Shown piece by piece: positions 11,819 to 24,814 of a stretch of DNA of 64,000 bases. The position numbers were made by a program, and so were the translations under genes. The stretch lies in assembly GCF_044704955.1 (NCBI RefSeq), contig NC_091999.1, positions 23,064,001-23,128,000 of the forward strand, written 5' to 3'. This DNA is from Pristiophorus japonicus. Lineage: Eukaryota. Under the pieces are notes generated by a model. That model did not search any database, was not told where the DNA came from, and saw only the letters and a list, made by a program, of their open reading frames with translations. Position 1 is the first letter of the stretch. Each line of letters begins with the position of its first letter.

Positions 11819-12093
11819 ACGCCTCTCTCGACTCCCGCCTCTCTCGACGCTCCCCGGACTGCTGAGCCTTTTATAGGCCGCTGCCTCTCTGGACTCCCGC
11901 CTCTCTCGACGCTCCCCGGACTGCTGAGCCTTTTATCGGCCGCTGCCTCTCTGGACTCCCGCCTCTCTCGACGATCCCCGGACTGCTGAGCCTTTTATCG
12001 GCCGCTGCCTCTCTGGACTCCCGCCTCTCTCGACGCTCCCCGGACTGCTGAGCCTTTTATAGGCCGCTGCCTCTCTCGACTCCCGCCTCTCTC
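11819..12093 (-). promoter_or_regulatory. CR1 5'UTR array of ~4.4 x 62-bp GC-rich monomers (putative internal promoter)
   Basis: Units start ~11819, 11881, 11943, 12005, 12067; minus strand TATAAAAG or GATAAAAG in each full unit; CRE TGACGTCA 11753-11760 and two CCAAT (11719, 11730) nearby. Confidence 0.7.
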
Positions 12094-13624
12094 AAGCATG
12101 CAGGGGAGAGAATATTAGCAAAGACTCTCTCCGATAAACAATTACATCAGGTTTTATAAATGATTGTGCGGAAGCGTAAGCTTGACAATTTACAATGATA
12201 AAAAACATCCATATATGTCTGTGACTAGCAGCTGTTCAACCGTTGGCTCTGCCCATGTGACTGGGTAATATCTACGCCCATGTCTCTTCCAAAGCAAGAT
12301 CAGAGTCTCGCACGTAGGCTTTGGAAGATGCTTTCCATTATCTTAAATGTTTCAGTGCCAAGACATTTACATCTCACGTTCTGTGGTTCTTCAACCACCA
12401 TATCTGAAGTCACAAGTTGAACTTTCTGTCCTTTGTTCTAAACTGCTAAGCCTGCAGCTTTAACATGTTTAGCTTTCAAATGGCCAAACGAAACGTCATG
12501 CCTTACGATGACAATAGCTTGTTACTAACATAGCTACAGCATCCATTAAAATGTCATTCTGACTTGCACGTGATGGAATAATCACAGGTTCTCAACACAT
12601 CAGCACAGTAAGAAATGCTACTATCCTATTAGCGCCTTATGGCAGCTCCAGACCCTCCAGGTCGCCACATCAGCTTTTTCTCAACATGCATATAATACAT
12701 TACAATCATCGTAAGTTACATTTATTCTGAAACTCCAACAATTAATTTTGAATTTGCATCAATTATCATACTGATCAAAAAAATTAATATTGAATTTGTA
12801 AAATTTACGACACAATTTAAGAAAGTGGACATTGTATAGTCAACAAACTCTACAACGTAGAACAGCTGCTGTAAAGCTGATGGACTGATGGTCGTTGTAG
12901 GTTCTTTCAATTCCTCCATTTCAGTTCTTGCATTTTGCCCATATCCGACAGTGTACAGCCCTGCTTTGGTTTCAAAGTGACAAGAGAATATTCCAGAACA
13001 AGTCCCATTTGTGAATCCCTCTCCATTCCCCTGCCCAGTGTCCAGTACGGCAAGTTGGTGATTGGTTCGCAAGAATAATGAGCATCATAACAGTGGGAAT
13101 ATCTCCAACAAGGTTTAGACATATATAAAGTTCCATAAATATAATGGCCAGGAATTTCCGTGGCATTTAATGCATACATGGTGCCTATGTGGCCATACGT
13201 GCCACGCAAGTTCCAGCTTTCTGGGAGTGATGCGCATGCATGAAAACCCAGAAATTGCAATCTGTCAAGATTTTGCTTGACAGATCGGCTGCATCCATGG
13301 GAAATGGACATTTGATGGTGGAGATTTTGGCTATTTGCCTAGCGAATGCCCATGAAAATCTTGCACCTGTTAAAAGGAGGCAGTGTGTTTTATTTTACCA
13401 GCGTAAGATTGCAGTTAATACTCAAATATATTTTAATCATTGAAACATAATAAAATCATTAAAAGTAATTATGTTAACTTAATTCTTGAAAACGTTTACA
13501 TTTATTTTTCAAAAAGTTAAATATTTGTTTAAAATGTTTACTTTAATTTTATTTTTATTCATTCTTATGTATTGCTTGATTTATAATTAACAGTATGTAG
13601 TTCTGTTTTTAGCGGCTTCCTATT

Positions 13625-16600
13625 ATCTTCTCTTAGGCAGGCCCCAGAGTTGAGGATGACTTGCTTCCAAACTGAAATGGGTTCTAAGGTGACTGCTGAG
13701 AACAATGCTGGATTTAGAGTCTCTTTCACAGGTAGGGCAGAGGGTTTTTGGAGGGACTGGTGGATGGGGTGCTTGATTTGTCGTTCACTCCTTCCGCTCT
13801 TTATACTTGGCTTCTACTTGATCACGGCGGAGAAACTTGAAGTCCTTGGTGCCTTGTAGGATTCTTCTGATCCACTTGGGCCAGGGATTTCCACGGGTCA
13901 GTCGGGATGCTAATTTTTTTCAAGGAGGGTTTGTCGGTGTCGAAGAAGCGTTTTCTCTGCCCTCCTCGACCTCGCCTGCTGTGACATAGCTCAGAGTAGA
14001 ATGCTTGTTTCGGAACTCTAGTATCGGACATGCAGACAATGTGTCCCGTCTATCGGAGCTAATCGAGCATATTAAATGCCACGATGCCAGGCAATTTGGC
14101 CTCAGAGAGAACCCTGATGTTGGTGCGCTTATCCTGCCAATAAGTTCGCATGATCTCGCGGAGGAAGCGTTGGTGCTACTTCTCCAGTGCTTTGAGGTGC
14201 CTACTGTACATAGTCCATGTCTCTGAAGCATAGAAGAGGGCGGATACCACGACTGCATTTTACTCCATTTGACTGGTGCTGGGATTGAGATCTTGGTGTT
14301 TGAACACTCTTTTCCTCAGATGACCAAAGGCTCCACTGGCACATTGAATAATGTGATGGACTTCGTCATCGATGTCTGTCCTTGCTGATAGCAGGCTCCC
14401 AAGTTATGGGAAGTTGTCCCGATTGTCAAAGATCCCGACATGGATCTTGATAATCGACGAGCAGTACTGTGTAGCGGGGTCGGGCTGCTGGAGAACATAT
14501 GTCATACTGATGCTTAATGAAAGGCCCACACTCTCGTATGTTCCAGTGAAAGTGTCAATAATGGTTTGGTGTATGGGCTCCGAATATGCACAAACGCAAG
14601 CAACGTCTGAATACTGTAATTCAATGAAAGAGCCTGGACCTACCTTGGATCTGTACTGGACGTGTCACAGGTTGAACAATGTCCTGCTTGTCCATTAGAT
14701 TAACTACACACCAGTGGGGAGATTTTTAAAGGTGATTTGAAGCATTGTAGCGAGGAAGATTGAGAAGAGCGTCCTTGTGATGACACAGCCTTGCTTAACC
14801 GGTTTTTCACTTATATTGTGTTTGTAGTAGATCCTTTGGTGACAAATTTCCGAGGAGATCCAAATTTGAGAATGACTGATGTGGAGTATTAAAAAAGATA
14901 CTCGACACAAGTCTAATCTGGAGAAAATAGTTCTTAATTAAGTACTCGATCGAGGGAGAGACAGCTTCGACACGAGTTCAGTAACTCGGTGACCCAAACC
15001 ACCTGATCTCTCTGAACAATCGGCGGGTTACTGTTTTTATACAGTCAAAATACATACAAAATCATAAAGTTCCATGTGGAGGCTTTTCATTTGTTGTTTC
15101 CCTGCCGCGTCACAAAATTTTCGCCTACCTACTACGATTACAAATATTAATTGGTTAATTCAATTACTTTGAAAGCAAGCTTTGTTACGTCCTCTGTGCA
15201 CTTTTTATCTGCTAAGTTAAGTGTCACATCATTCTTAGCTCTTCTCCTCTTGGCTTAACTGCTTTGAATCAGGTGAGATATTCTTCAATCATCTTTTGTT
15301 TCCCCTAATCTCTTACTACCCCATCTAACCTAGCCTTGGAATGTATTTTTCCCAACTGTCTAGTTTATACTGTGATTTGATGATCTATTTTCCTGAGCGT
15401 TCCAGTTCTATCATTTTCCCTTTGTTCGTAGCACATATTTTTTTCTCTTACAAACTTGTTTTTAATTTTTAGCTTTACTTAATTAGGTCCCCTTATTAAC
15501 CAATTAGGTTCCAACTACATATTTTTTTCTGCAATGACACTCCATAATCCTTCGTGGTTGACAGATTCGGAGACTTTTGTGAGAGCAAAGTAAGCCATGT
15601 ACAGAGATTGATGTAGCTCCATACATTTTTCGTGGAATTGTCACACGGTGAATATCATGTCCATCGTGCCCCTTAGTTTGTGGAATTCGCATTTCGACTG
15701 TGGGAGGAGCTCTTCAGTCATTGGGAGGAGATAATTGAGGATGACTTGTGCGATAATTGTTCCTGCGGTTTTCTGTAATTACTGCAATCGGTCTTGTCAC
15801 CTTTCTTGAAGATGGGCACGATTACGGCATCTCTGAGAGGCCCTGGTATGCTCTCCTCCTTCCAGATAAGGGATATGAGGACATGAATTCGCACCGTGTA
15901 TTACTCCACCATGTGTTAGTGCTTCGGCGGGGATTCCTGAGGCTTTGTTGTTCTTTAGTTGTCAGATAGCCTTTTCACTCTCGTGCTGGGCCAGGATTTT
16001 ACCGATGTGGTGACGGGTTATATGTTGTGGGATGGGATCATGGACACTCACATAAAAGACAGAGGCTTGGTTGAGGAGATCCACGAAGTGCTCCTTCCAG
16101 CGGCTAATGACTGCCTCTCTGTCCATGAAGAGCACTCCTCCATTCTCGGCTCTCAGGAGAATGGGACAGTGTGCTTGGGCCGTAGGTGATCTTGATTGTG
16201 CTAAAAAAAATCCACGCACTTCATGATTGTCAGCTAATTGCTGGATCTCCTGCGCGTTTTCCACCCACCATCTGTTCTTATGTCACGAGTTTTTTGTTGT
16301 ACCTCAGCCTTTAGTTGTCTCTAGAACTGCTTGCTTTCACTCGAGTTGTGGTGTTGTTTCCAATTCACTAATGATTTGCGTTCGCGGTTTATTAGCTCCT
16401 GGATCTCTTAGTCATTCGCATCGAACCAGTTTTGATATTTTCTGGTATTGTAGCCAAGAGTTTATTCGCAGATGCTAATTTTAGTGGATTTAGGGCAGAA
16501 CAGGCACTATGGACACTCTGCGGCTTTGGTTGATTGGAAGTCGTTAGTTTGGCTGTGAGCAGTTGGCTGATTAGGACTTTCTTTGCAGGGTCTTTGAGAG

Positions 16601-17450
16601 CTGCAATGTTGATTTTTAAATGCAGCATTTATGTCGCCCCTGATGATTTGAGGCTATATTGAAGGAGATAATAGAGCGGATTAGGCGGTGGTCAATCCAG
16701 CAGTCAGCAGCTCCTGTCATGTCATGAGTGATGCGGACATTCTTGTGGTCCCTCACTCGGATGCCAGTGCCTAGAGCGAGGGTGTTCCCATGTGGCCTTG
16801 TAGTTGTCATTCTGAGGAGACATAGTGTTGGATATGACAAGACCATGTTATAAGCAATTCCTCAGGAGGAGGATCCGATTCGAGTTGGTTTTCCCTACTC
16901 CTTCCCTGGCAATTACCCCTCTCATGAAGTCTGTGTCCTTTGCAACTCTGCCGTTAAAGTCATCAAGGAGAATCAGCGTGTTGCCTGTTGGGAGTCGGGA
17001 CAGGGATTGTTCCAGTCTGGAGTAGAATTCCTCTTTGTCCGTGTCCGTAGTTTCCAGGGTTGGTGCGTATGCCCCATTGAGAAGGTGTTCTTCTTCTGGT
17101 GTGCCGTTTGAAAATGTGTATCAACCACCTTGTTCTTTGAGCTGACCTTGTCCTGCCCACTGTCTATCGCTCAGGGCAGTGTTGTCGATTTCGAAGCATC
17201 TGAGTTCCCAGAAAATGGCAGCAGTATGACGTTCTGGTCTGTTAATGTTGGGATTGTCCATGAGGGTCCTAAATTTTTCAGGTCCCGAACTTCATTTTAA
17301 AGGTTAGAAGATGCCCCTGCATGAATTATATTACTGAGGGGTGGCCGTTGCACACGAGCTACCACCAAACTTGACAGACTAAGTCTTGGTACAATGGCAA
17401 GGGGATGCAAGATGATTGGAGACGAGGCTCTGCTGCATGGGTGTCAAGAT
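13625..17450 (-). mobile_element. RTE-clade LINE, near full length, heavily decayed and interrupted
   Basis: Minus-strand fragments: YAPT and CWIDHRLI (APE), ISRWKEHFVDLLNQ, DAVIVPIFKKGDK..C.NYR, VKQGCVI..TLFSIFL, MSDTRVPKQAFYSEL...RGGQRKRF. Confidence 0.85.
14840..15519 (-). mobile_element. Putative LTR nested in the RTE
   Basis: Non-RTE block; minus strand reads TGTAG...TATAAAA (~15035-15041)...TTTGTCA; no TSD confirmed. Confidence 0.35.
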
Positions 17451-17599
17451 GTGTGTGGCGCAAACACCGGGTGTCTCCAATCCATCCAAGTCGGGCAGCG
17501 ATTGGCAAGAAAACGGATAAAACCCCGGTAAAAATACGTGGCACCAGTTGCTGTGTGACCGCGGGTATGGAGAATCGGAGGACCTGTGGGAATCGATGG

Positions 17600-18130
17600 C
17601 CGGCGAGGATCGGAGGACCCATGAACGGTTTAGCAGGGATCAGCAGCGAGGACGGAACCCAGGGATGGTACAGCACAGACCAGCAGCTAGGTCCGGAGAC
17701 CGAGTGCAGGAGCGAGGTCGGGAAGCCAAGGCCAGCAGTAAGGTCGGAACCCTGGGAAGATACAGCACAGACCAGCAGCAGGGTCGTGAGGCACAGCGCA
17801 GAAGCGAGGTCGGGAAGCCAAGACAGGCAATAAAGTTGGGATCCAGGGAAGATTCATCACAAACCAGCAGTGAGGTCGGTGGCTGAGGCCAACAGCAAGG
17901 TCGGTACTCGAGGAAGGTAAGGTACAGAACAACAGGGTGATCGGGACCAAGGGGAGGGACAGCACGGTCCAACAGGTAAGTTGCGACCAGGAAAGGTACA
18001 GCACGGACCAACAAGGAGGTCGGGACACAGGGAAGATACAGAAAATACCAGCAGGGAGGTCGTCACAGGTGGCTAGCAGCATGGCCGGGACCCGAGACGA
18101 GCAGCGAGGTCGAGACACGAGGCCAGAATA
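17600..18130 (+). repeat. GC-rich ~46-bp tandem repeat
   Basis: Recurrent ACCAGCAGCGAGGTCGGGA..CCAGGGAAGGTACAGCACAG. Confidence 0.75.
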
Positions 18131-18372
18131 TACGTGGTCACTAGAAAACAACCAACGACAAAAGTGTGAGCTGTTGGAGAGACAATCGGAAAGCGCAGGA
18201 GAGTCACGTGCTGGAGCTGGTGCCGGGGTGGGGGGCGGGGGGCGGGGCACTGTGTTAGTATACTATGCACAAGTCTGCAAACTGCTCCACGATTAAGGTG
18301 CTCACCTACACTGTGATCTCTGAAAACCAGGTAGAGAGGACCTGATAGATCAGGTCAGCAGGAACTTCGAAG

Positions 18373-20356
18373 CATAGAAACATAGAAAATAGCTGCAGGA
18401 GTAGGCCATTCGGACATTCGAGCCTGCATCACCATTAAATAAGATCATGGCTGAACATTCACCTCAATACCCATTTCCTGCCTTCTCTCCATACCCCTTT
18501 CTCCCTTTAGCCATAAGGTCCATATTCAACTCCCACCTGAATATATCTAACGAACTGGCATCAACAACTCTCTGCGGAAAATAATTCCACAGGAGAACAA
18601 CTCTCTGAGTGAAGTAGCTTCTCCTCATCTCGGTCCTAAATGGATTACCCCTTAATCTTAGACTCTGACCTCTGGTTCTGAACTCCCCCAACATCGTGAG
18701 CATTCTTCCTGCATTTAACCTGTCCAGTCCCGTCAGAATTGTGTATGTTTGTATGAGATCCCCTCTCATTCTTCTAAACTCCAGCGAATAGACGCCCAAT
18801 CGATCCAGTCTCTCCTCAGATGTCAGTCCTGCCATCCAGGGCATCAGTCTGGCGAACCTGCGCTGCACTCCCTCAATAGCAAGAACTTCCTTCCTCAGAT
18901 TAGGAGACCAAATGTGAACACAATATTCCAAGTGAGGCCTCACCAAGGCCGTGTAGAGCTGCAGGAAGACTTCCCTGTTCGTATAGTTAAATCCCCTAGC
19001 TATGAACACCACAATGCCATTTGCCTTCTTCACCACTTGCTGCACTGCATTTCAAGCTTCAATGACTTATGTAACATGACATGCAGGTCTCGTTGCACCT
19101 CCCCTTTACATAATCTGCCACCATTCAGATAATATTCTGGCTTCAAGTTTCTGCCACCAAATTGGATAACCGCACATTTATCCACATTATAATGCATCTG
19201 TGATGCATTTTCTTACTCGCCTAACCTGTCCGAGTCATCCTGCAGTCTGTTAGCATCCTCCTCACAGGTCACACCACCACCCAGCTTAGTGTCATCTGCA
19301 AGGTTGGAGATATTACTCTCAATTCCTGCATCTAAATCATTGATGTATGTTGTAAATATCTGGGATCCCAGCACTGACCCCTGTGGCACCCCACTAGTCA
19401 CTGCCTGCAATTCTGAAAAGGACACGTTTAACCCGACTCTCTGCTTCCTGTCTGCTAACCATTTCTCTATCCTCGTCAAGACATTGCCCCCAATACCATG
19501 TGCTTTACTTTCGCACACCAATCTCTTGTGTGGAACCTTGTCAAAAGCCTTTTGAAAGTCCAAATACATCACATCCACTGGTTCACCCTTGTCCACGCCA
19601 CTAGTTACTTCCTTCAAAAGTCTAAAAGATTCTTCAAGCATGATTTCCCTTTCCTAAATCCATGCTGACTTGGAGCGCTCCTTTCACTGATTTCCAAATG
19701 CCGCTAATTCATCTTTAACAATTGATTCCAACATTTCCCCCAGTACTTATGTCAGGCTAACTGGTCTATGATTTCCCCTTTTCTCTCTCCCTCCATTTTT
19801 AAAAAGTGGTGTTACATTAACTACCCTCCAGTCCATAGGAACTAATCCAGAGTCGATAGACTGTTGGAAAATTATCATCGATGCATCCATTATTTCTAGG
19901 GAACACTTCCGTAAGTACTCTTGGGATGCAGACTATCAGGCCCTGGGAATTTATCGGCCTTCAATCACGTCAATTTTCCTTACACAATTTCCTGACCAAT
20001 AAGAATTTCCTTCAGTTCCTCCTTCTCACTAGACCATCGAGAAGGAGGAACTAGTATTTCTGAAACGTTATTTGTGTCTTCCTCAGTGAAGACAGAACAA
20101 AAGTATTTGTTCAATTGGTCTGCCATTTCTTTGTTTCCCATTATAAATTCACTTGATTCTGATTGAAAGGGGCCTACGTTTGTTTTCACTAATCGTTTAC
20201 TCTTTGCATATCTATAGAAGCTTTTGCAGTCAGTTTTTATGTTCCCAGAAAGCTTCCTCTCACAATCTATTTTCCCCGTCCGAAATTGACCCTTTGTCCT
20301 TCTCTGCTAAATTCTAAATTTGTCCCAGTCCTCAGGTTTGCTGCTTTTTCTGGCCA
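18373..20356 (-). mobile_element. 5'-truncated CR1, decayed
   Basis: ORF2 fragments 18464-19045, 19213-19641, 19980-20189; tail at 18373. Confidence 0.95.
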
Positions 20357-20649
20357 TGTCCAACAGGCACATTGCTATTTATGCTTTTGGTGATTCCATA
20401 AGTTAGTGGAATCTCCATGAACATAACTGGGATTCACCTTTTGATTGGTCGCCCTGGCCCAAATGATCCCAGGGTCACATGCTAAACGCTTGCACCCCTG
20501 GGATATGTGGACCTTTATGCATGCGTACCTGTAGAGGCCGTGAGCGCCAGTGTTCGAACTACCGTGACCATCAGCTAGGTTCGTATTTTCTTGTGGTTCA
20601 GAGGCATTCGACCATGGGAAAGCTCTGACCGCAAATTCAGGCCAATATT

Positions 20650-20880
20650 ATTCGATAGAGACAGATCGATAGAAGGAGTGATGGAGACAGATAGATGGAG
20701 AGATAGATAGATTTAGATAGCAACATATAAATAAAGTTAGATAGAGAGATACATAGATTATGGAGATACATAAATATGTAGATAATGGTAGAAGGATTCT
20801 GTGATAGAGATATTAATCGATGTATCAACAGAAACATACATAGAAAGATGGAAAGTGATGGATGGTTGGATAGATATGCA
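20650..20880. repeat. Degenerate (GATA)n tract; similar tracts at 1-130, 5860-5950 and 27900-28155
   Basis: GATAGA-rich low-complexity sequence. Confidence 0.75.
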
Positions 20881-21199
20881 TATGGTTAAACGGTACTTTT
20901 AGTGATACGCGGAAAGATAAATCAACAGAGAACAAATTTATGACTAAGTAACATTGATAGATAAATGTAATCATTCGTTCTTGATAGACACACAAGCTAA
21001 GTTTGGAATGATTTCACATCAGGCAAGTTCAATATGCTATAATTTGTATCATATTTGCTCAGCCGCAACTACTGGCCCAAACAGTGTTGCTCCTGATGTC
21101 CGTGTCTTCAGCACATTCTCTCCGAACTTAATGTGGAAAAGCAGATTGTGAGTTCTTACACTCTAACCCAGACCCTCCTGATGTGAGCGTGTGGGTTAC

Positions 21200-24100
21200 T
21201 GTTTCGAGCACGTTACAGAGTGCAGCAGCGCTATCGCCATTCAAAGCTCTGTGACCTGAAAATGTACAGCAAGGGATTGAGGAAGGCAATGAATGAAGTG
21301 AGGGTTCATGATTTAAAATTTGCAATTGCCCCTGTAAAAAAACTGAGAATGGATCCGCTGGATCTAGCAAATCCTTAATCTCAAAATACAATCAAAATAC
21401 AGTTCAGGGATGTGATAAGGTTCAAAGCAGAAAAGAAGAACCAAAATTACACGAATGTACTTCAGCACTTTCTTCTTCATCAGCTCCATAGATTCCTTCT
21501 CAGCTCCCACTTCTATCATTATTTTTGTGGTTAGGGTATAGCAGATCAACAACATCAGGATTGGAAATAATTTAATTTCAAAAAATTGCATGAAAATTTG
21601 CCACGATAATTGCATATACTTGCATGAAACATTATAGGCTAGTTCTCATTATGAAAAGGCTATCAGGCTCAGGGCCAACACTGCCACCCAAATTGCATAG
21701 GCTAGAATGAGGTAGCATCGAGGCCTTCTCCAGACATGGGACCTAATGTGGTGGACAAAAAAATATATTGGTCAAGGAGATGGGGTAGCGTTGCTGGTAA
21801 AAGAGGATATTAAGGCAATAGTAAAGAAGGACATTAGCTTGGATGATGCCGAATCTGTATGGGTAGAGCTGCGGAACACCAAAGGGCAGAAAACGCTAGT
21901 GGAATTTGTGTACGGACCACCAAACAGTCATAGTGAGGTTGGGGTGGCATCAAACAGGAAATTAGGGATGCGTGCAATAAAGGGACAGCAATTATCATGG
22001 GTGACTTTAATTTACATATAGATTGGGCTAACCAAACTGGTAGCAATATGGTGGAGGAGGATTTCCCGGAGTGTATAAGGGATGGTTTTCTAGACCAATA
22101 TGTCGAGGAACCAACCAGAGAGCTGGCCATCCTAGATTGTGTAATGAGAGAGGATTAATTAGCAATCTTGTTCTGCGAGGCCACTTGGGGAAGAGTGACC
22201 TTAATTTGATATAATTCTTCATTAAGATGGAGAGTGACACAGTTAATTCAGAGACTAGAGTCCTGAAATTAAAGAATGTTAATTTCGATGGAATGAAACG
22301 TGGATTGGCTAGGATAGATTGGTGAAAGATACTTAAAGGGTTGACGGTGGATAGGCAATGGCAGACTTTTAAAGATCACATGGATGAACTTCAATAATTA
22401 CACATCCCTGTCTGGCATAAAAATAAAACGGGGAAAGTGGCTCAACCGTAGCTATCAAGTGAAATTCGGGATTGTGTTAAATCCAAGGAAGAGGCATATA
22501 AACTGGCCAGAAAAGCAGCAAACCTGAGCACTGGGAGAGAAATTTAGAATTCAGCAGAGTAGGGCAAAGGATTTAATTAGGAGGGGGCAACTAGAGTATG
22601 AGAGGAAGCTTGCCGAGTACATGAAAACTGACTGCAAAGCTTCGATAGATATGTAAAGAGTAAAAAATTAGTTAGCACAAATGTATGTCCCTTGCAGTCA
22701 GAATCAGGTGTTAGGGAAATTGATAGGATTGACGGCCGGTAAAACCCCAGGGACTGATAGTCTGCATCCCTGAGTATTTAAGGATGTGGCCCCAGAAATA
22801 ATGGATGCATTGGTGCTCATTTTCCAGCATTCTATAGATTCTAGATCAGTTCCTATGGATTTGGAGGATAGCTAATGTAACCCCACGTTTTAAAAAGGTG
22901 GGAGAAAGAAAACAGGGAATTATAGACCGGTTAGCCTGACATCGGTACTGGGGAAAATGTTGAAATCCATCATTGAAGATGTAATAGCAGCGCATTTGGA
23001 AAGCAGTGACAGGATCGGTCCAAGTCAGTATGCATTAATGAAAGGGAAATCATGTTTGCCAAATCGTCTAGAAGTTTTTTAGGATGTAACCAATAGCGTG
23101 GACATGTATTTGGACTTTCAAACGGCTTTTGGCCAGGTCCCACATCAGAGATTAGTGCGTAAAAATTAAAGCACATGGTATTGGGGGTAATTTATTGACG
23201 TAGATAGAGAACTGATTGGCAGACAGGAAGCAAAGAGTAGGAATAAACGATTGATTTTCAGAATTGCAGACAGTGACGAGTGGGGTACCTCAAGGTTCAG
23301 TGCTGGGACCTCAGCTAGTTACGATATACATTAATGATTTAGACGAAGAAATTGAATGTAATATTTATAAGTTTGCAGATGACACTAAGTTGGGTGGCAG
23401 TGTGAGCTGTGAGGAGGATGGTAACAGGCTGCAGGGTGATTGGACAGGTTAGGTGAGTGGGCAAATGCATGGCAGATGCAGTATAATATAGATAAATGTG
23501 AGGTTATCCACTTTGGAGACAAAAACAGGGAAGCAAAATATTATCTGAATGGTGACAAATAAGAAAAGTGGAGGTGCAACGAGACGTGGGTGTCATGGCA
23601 AATCAGTCATTGAAAGTTGGCATGAAGGTTCAGCAAGCGGTGAATGGCATGTTGGCCTTCATAGCGAGAGTTATTGAATATAGGAGCAGGGAGGTCTTAC
23701 TGAAGTTGTACAAGGCCTTGGTGAGGCCACACCTTGATATTTGTGTAGAGTTTTGGTCTCCTTACCTGAGGAAGGACATTCTTGCTATTGAGGGAGTGCA
23801 GCGGAGGTTCAAAAGTTAGATTTGCGAGATGGCAGAACTGACATATGAAGAAAGACTGGATCGACTAGGCTTATATTCACTGGAATTTAGAAGAATGAGA
23901 GGGGATCTCACAGAAACATGTAAAATTCGGACGGGATTGGACAGGTTAGATGCAAGAAGAATGGACCCTAATTTGTGGAAGTCCAGGACCATGAGTCTAA
24001 AGATAAGGGGTAAGCCAATTAGGACCGAGATGAGGAGAAACGTCTTCACTCAGAGAAATGTGAACATGTGGAATTCTCTTCCACAAAAAGTTTTTGAGGC

Positions 24101-24663
24101 CAGTTCGTTAGATATATTCAAAAGGGAGTTCGATGTGGCAGTTGCAGCTAAAGGGATCAAGGGGTATGGAGAGAAAGCAGGAATGGGTAATGAAGTTTCA
24201 TGATCAGCCATGATCATATTGAATGGTGGTGCAGGCTCGAAGGGCCGAATGGCCTACTTTTGCAACTATTTTCTATGTTTCTATGTAATAGCAATGCAGG
24301 TCATGAAAAGTGCGTTGCCATAAAGATTGATTAGACGCAATAGGGCACTGACATCACGGAATTACTCCATAATCTGCTTCCAAGGATAAATTGAATAAGG
24401 GAAAGTATAGAGACCAGGATAATCAAGAAGTCGGTGATTATTAAATCCAGAAGGAGGACATCACTTGCTTGTGAGACCTTCTTCATTCGTATGATGTGCC
24501 ACAGTGCACTTGAAGTCCCGGTAATGCCCGATACAAGCACTAATGCAAGGAAAAAGGGAAGGGCGATGATTTTAATCTGAGCCACTTCGTCATAGGCGTT
24601 GTCCATCGAGGGTCCAGTCTGATTGGATGAGTTGATCTCCGACCAGGATCTGTTGACTTGCGT
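21200..24663 (-). pseudogene. P2Y/LPAR-like (rhodopsin delta-group) GPCR pseudogene split by a CR1
   Basis: 24663-24288: N-glycosylation sequons, TM1 FFLALVLVSGITGT, TM2 LLLDLIITD, TM3 INLYGNALFMTCIAI; resumes at ~21771 DQY..VHHIRSHVWRRPR..AIWVAVL (TM4), FPILMLLICY (TM5), CFEPYH (TM6), FLNPLLYIF (TM7, NPLLY 21264-21278); stops and frameshifts. Confidence 0.85.
21772..24286 (+). mobile_element. 5'-truncated CR1 with internal deletions, inserted in the GPCR
   Basis: Starts at the APE G.GVALLVKE motif, ends with TTTCTATGTTTCTATG. Confidence 0.95.
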
Positions 24664-24814
24664 TCCAACTCTCAAAACTAACCATTTGATGTTGTGGCAA
24701 ATAATAAAGAGCAACCGATCAAAATATGGGGTAAATTAAAGATAGATTCTCGAAAAACAGTTGGTACTGCCCTGTAAGGTTATTTGTTGTTGATGTTATC
24801 AGTTGCTTCTCCAC

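Larger units (their letters stand above)
7607..12093 (-). mobile_element. Full-length CR1 non-LTR retrotransposon (5'UTR monomers, ORF1, ORF2, 8-bp microsatellite tail)
   Basis: Two open ORFs, (TTTCTATG)n tail at 7607-7630, tandem-repeat 5'UTR; no TSD seen. Confidence 0.97.

Noticed and set aside
17359-18296. Multiple overlapping 100-190 aa ORFs
   Set aside because: GC-rich tandem repeat depleted of stop codons
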